64,000 nt of DNA from Phormidium sp. Its GTDB lineage: Bacteria; Cyanobacteriota; Cyanobacteriia; Cyanobacteriales; Aerosakkonemataceae. The notes under the pieces are model-generated. The model was given only the letters and a program-made list of their open reading frames with translations. It made no database searches and was not told the origin of the DNA. Below, in pieces: positions 61,468 to 64,000 of the stretch. The position numbers and the translations under genes were made by a program. The stretch spans positions 1,760,001 to 1,824,000 of the forward strand of contig CP143273.1 of the NCBI GenBank assembly GCA_051013385.1, written 5' to 3'. How positions within the stretch are numbered: position 1 is the stretch's first letter; the number at the start of each line of letters is the position of its first letter.

Positions 61468-61540
61468 GCCCCCATCGTCTAGAGGCCTAGGACACCTCCC
61501 TTTCACGGAGGCGACGGGGATTCGAATTCCCCTGGGGGTA
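61468..61540 (+). tRNA. trnE: Housekeeping tRNA-Glu(TTC)
   Basis: GCCCCCATCGTCTAGAGGCCTAGGAC...CTTTCAC...TTCGAAT; canonical cyanobacterial sequence. Confidence 0.97.
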
Positions 61541-61654
61541 TCCCAAAGAAAAGAAGATAATAGAGAAGGCGAAAGAAAAACAATTTCTGATCGCCTTTTG
61601 TGTATTTTAGGGGAAAATTCCCGAAGAGGAAAGGAATAATCCCCGGCTTAACCC

Positions 61655-63379
61655 TTACTTTTCCGCCAATTTATCCAGCTTTTCTCGGACTGTTAAATTG
61701 AATAGAGAGCGTACCAAGAACAACAAGCATAACCCGGATAAAGCAAAAGCGATCGGAGCAAAAGCACGATACTCTCCCAAAAGTAACACAGCACCACCCA
61801 GCAGGGTAAACCCAGTTAAACAGGCGTAAATTAGAGTTTTAATCGCTAGATGAATGCGTTTGAGAATGCGATCGCTAGCCTCAGACTTACTCCGAAATTG
61901 TAACTCACCACTAGCAATTCTTTCCTCCCAACGTTGCAGCGCCAGTTCCGTTTTACTAGGTTGCTTTAACCTATATTTAATATAATCTCGCGTTTGTCTG
62001 GCTAATTCCCCAACACTATTAATTCGTCCTCTAGATAAAGTAAGACTTCTGACAAAAGGTTGAGCCGCAGCGACTAAACTATACTGGGGATCGAGAGTTC
62101 TCGCAACTCCATCCAAAGTAGTTAAAGACTTTAAAATATAAGTCATTTGTGCAGGTAATCGGAAAGGTTGTTGCTCAAACATTACATACAATTCTTGGCG
62201 AATTTCCCCAAAAGCTTGGAAATCGATCGGCTTTTCCGTAAACTTATCTAATAAAAAAGTAATCAATCGCTTCACCGGAGTCATATCAGCCACAGGCTCA
62301 ATTAAACCCATATTAACTAAGCTGTCTAACACCGTAATCGTATCCTTTCTTAAAACAGCAAAAAAAGTCTTCAGCATTTGATCTTTTGCCAAAGACTTAA
62401 CTTCTGCCATCATCCCAAAATCATAAAATATAATTCTCCCTTCCAAGCTAACAGCCATATTACCCGGATGGGGATCGGCTTGAAAAAAACCATCAATTAA
62501 TAATTGTTGCAAGTAACAACAAATACCGATTTGATTAATTTTTTTCAAATTTAACCCACAAGTTTCCAAAGTTTTCTTGTCATCTATCTTAATTCCGGGA
62601 GCATATTCTAAAGTTAACACCTTGGTTGTAGTGTATTCCCAATATACTTTCGGCACCCAGATATCAGCATTATTTTGAAAATTTTCCCGAAATCGATCGG
62701 CGTTTTTACCCTCTTGAATGTAATCAATTTCTTGATATAAAAGATTAAAAAATTCATTATAAATAGCTGCTAAATCATACTTAATTGTCCAGGGTAAATA
62801 TCGCTGACAAAAATGTACTAATTGACGGAGAATTTTAAAATCTAATTTCAATAAATTTTCTAATCCCGGACGTTGAACTTTAACAACTACCTCTTCTCCC
62901 GTGTGTAACCAAGCGCGATGTACTTGACCCAAACTAGCAGCTGCGATCGGACAAAGTTGAAAATCACGATATAACACATAAATAGGCTTACCCAATTCCG
63001 ATTCGACTACGGAAATAGCTTCTTGGGCTGTAATTTGGGGAACCTTATCTTGCAATTCCGATAAAGCTTTAACATACTCTAAAGGTAACAAATCCGCACG
63101 GGTAGATAACGCCTGTCCAATTTTAATAAAAGTTGGCCCCAAATCCACTAAAGTTGTCTTTAACCACTCGGCCCGACGTTTTTTATGTAAAACAGAATTA
63201 TTGGGAAAAGTAGCATCGCACCACAAATAAAATATAAAAGTTATAGCTGCACTAAAAATATCGACTTGACGAGTCAGCTGAGAATATTTAGGTCTTTGCC
63301 AGCGGGACAGTTTTGGCGGATTTGGCGTAGCAGTTATAGCCATAGAATTTAGAATGAGGAATTCCAGATTGGATCTCAA
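61655..63379 (-). CDS. AarF/ABC1/UbiB family kinase
   Basis: LGPTFIKIGQ, AAASLGQV, ADPHPGN, DFGM; start likely at 63343. Confidence 0.92.
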   Translation of the reverse strand: MRSNLEFLILNSMAITATPNPPKLSRWQRPKYSQLTRQVDIFSAAITFIFYLWCDATFPNNSVLHKKRRAEWLKTTLVDLGPTFIKIGQALSTRADLLPLEYVKALSELQDKVPQITAQEAISVVESELGKPIYVLYRDFQLCPIAAASLGQVHRAWLHTGEEVVVKVQRPGLENLLKLDFKILRQLVHFCQRYLPWTIKYDLAAIYNEFFNLLYQEIDYIQEGKNADRFRENFQNNADIWVPKVYWEYTTTKVLTLEYAPGIKIDDKKTLETCGLNLKKINQIGICCYLQQLLIDGFFQADPHPGNMAVSLEGRIIFYDFGMMAEVKSLAKDQMLKTFFAVLRKDTITVLDSLVNMGLIEPVADMTPVKRLITFLLDKFTEKPIDFQAFGEIRQELYVMFEQQPFRLPAQMTYILKSLTTLDGVARTLDPQYSLVAAAQPFVRSLTLSRGRINSVGELARQTRDYIKYRLKQPSKTELALQRWEERIASGELQFRSKSEASDRILKRIHLAIKTLIYACLTGFTLLGGAVLLLGEYRAFAPIAFALSGLCLLFLVRSLFNLTVREKLDKLAEK

Positions 63380-63514
63380 AGATGATGAGAGTAGAAAAAC
63401 CCACTCAAAGCGAACCTACTCTGGTTTGAATCATGAAGATCACCAATCATCACATTAACTTATGGGCTGTAGATATTTCAATTAGTACAACACCATCAGA
63501 AAAGCAAAATTTGT

Positions 63515-64000
63515 TTATCCCCCCTGCATTTGCGGTAAAGTCAGGGTAAAGCAAGTTAACCATGACTGACTATCGCTCATCGGAGAGCTAGAAACAGTAA
63601 TTACCCCATTCAAATGTTCTACCAAACATTTGACCAAAGCTAATCCTAAACCAGTACCTTGAATTCCTTTTTGCATCACCCCCTCACCGCGACGGAACTT
63701 CTCGAAGATATATTCCTGTTCTGCTGGTGAGATGCTAGAACCAATATTCGAGAGTGACAAAACAATTTGTGGCACTTTTTGATTAGCTTCGTAAATAGCA
63801 CGCAACACAACTTTTGTATCTGGTTCGGAGTACTTACCTGCATTGGTGAGTAGTTCGGTGAGAATGCGGTTGACGCTATCAGCATCAGTATCTAAAACTA
63901 GCGATCGCTTTGGCAGATGCACCTCCATACTTAATCCTTTAACCGACCACTTCTCGGTAAAAGACTGCTCTAACCTTTCAATCATCTCCCTTATATCAAC
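63515..64000 (-). CDS. Sensor histidine kinase C-terminal HATPase domain (partial at the window edge)
   Basis: ELLTNAGKY, IFEKF, GTGLGL. Confidence 0.88.
   Translation of the reverse strand, partial: VDIREMIERLEQSFTEKWSVKGLSMEVHLPKRSLVLDTDADSVNRILTELLTNAGKYSEPDTKVVLRAIYEANQKVPQIVLSLSNIGSSISPAEQEYIFEKFRRGEGVMQKGIQGTGLGLALVKCLVEHLNGVITVSSSPMSDSQSWLTCFTLTLPQMQGG

Overview
This window is from a filamentous cyanobacterium (abundant HIP1 GCGATCGC sites, STRR/REP-type repeats, psbA, hemC, glgA). About 8.2-31.3 kb looks like a translation-stress/RNA-repair island built from two converging units. (1) A + strand array of 30 tRNA genes covering all 20 amino acids (9240-15484). It is interspersed with PD-(D/E)XK, HNH and LAGLIDADG endonucleases, a coiled-coil protein and a macrodomain (TIGR02452) protein, and is followed by a Vat-type acetyltransferase. 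(2) A - strand operon (about 27660 to 18565) encoding a small Gly-terminated ubiquitin-like candidate, an L7/L12 paralog, a Ro60/TROVE-like helical+vWA protein, a DIP1984-like protein, KptA/Tpt1 and an AAA ATPase, with a ThiF/E1-like gene nearby. The two units share the same promoter architecture (TTGACA plus TGTAGYAT-type repeats plus an rRNA-type boxA). They also share a five-copy structured ncRNA family with a conserved, covarying scaffold (AGCT-TACAYAC...AGCT...ACTT) that carries swappable cargo: two full tRNA cloverleaves, two circularly permuted tRNAs and one multi-hairpin insert. This Y RNA-like family is the strongest candidate for an undescribed system. The window also holds a rogue-type D1 between hdrB-like and Tll0287-like genes, a tRNA-Arg split by a non-autonomous IS200/IS605 element, and ordinary housekeeping genes in the right half. 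All calls come from reading the sequence by eye; no searches or folding programs were run.
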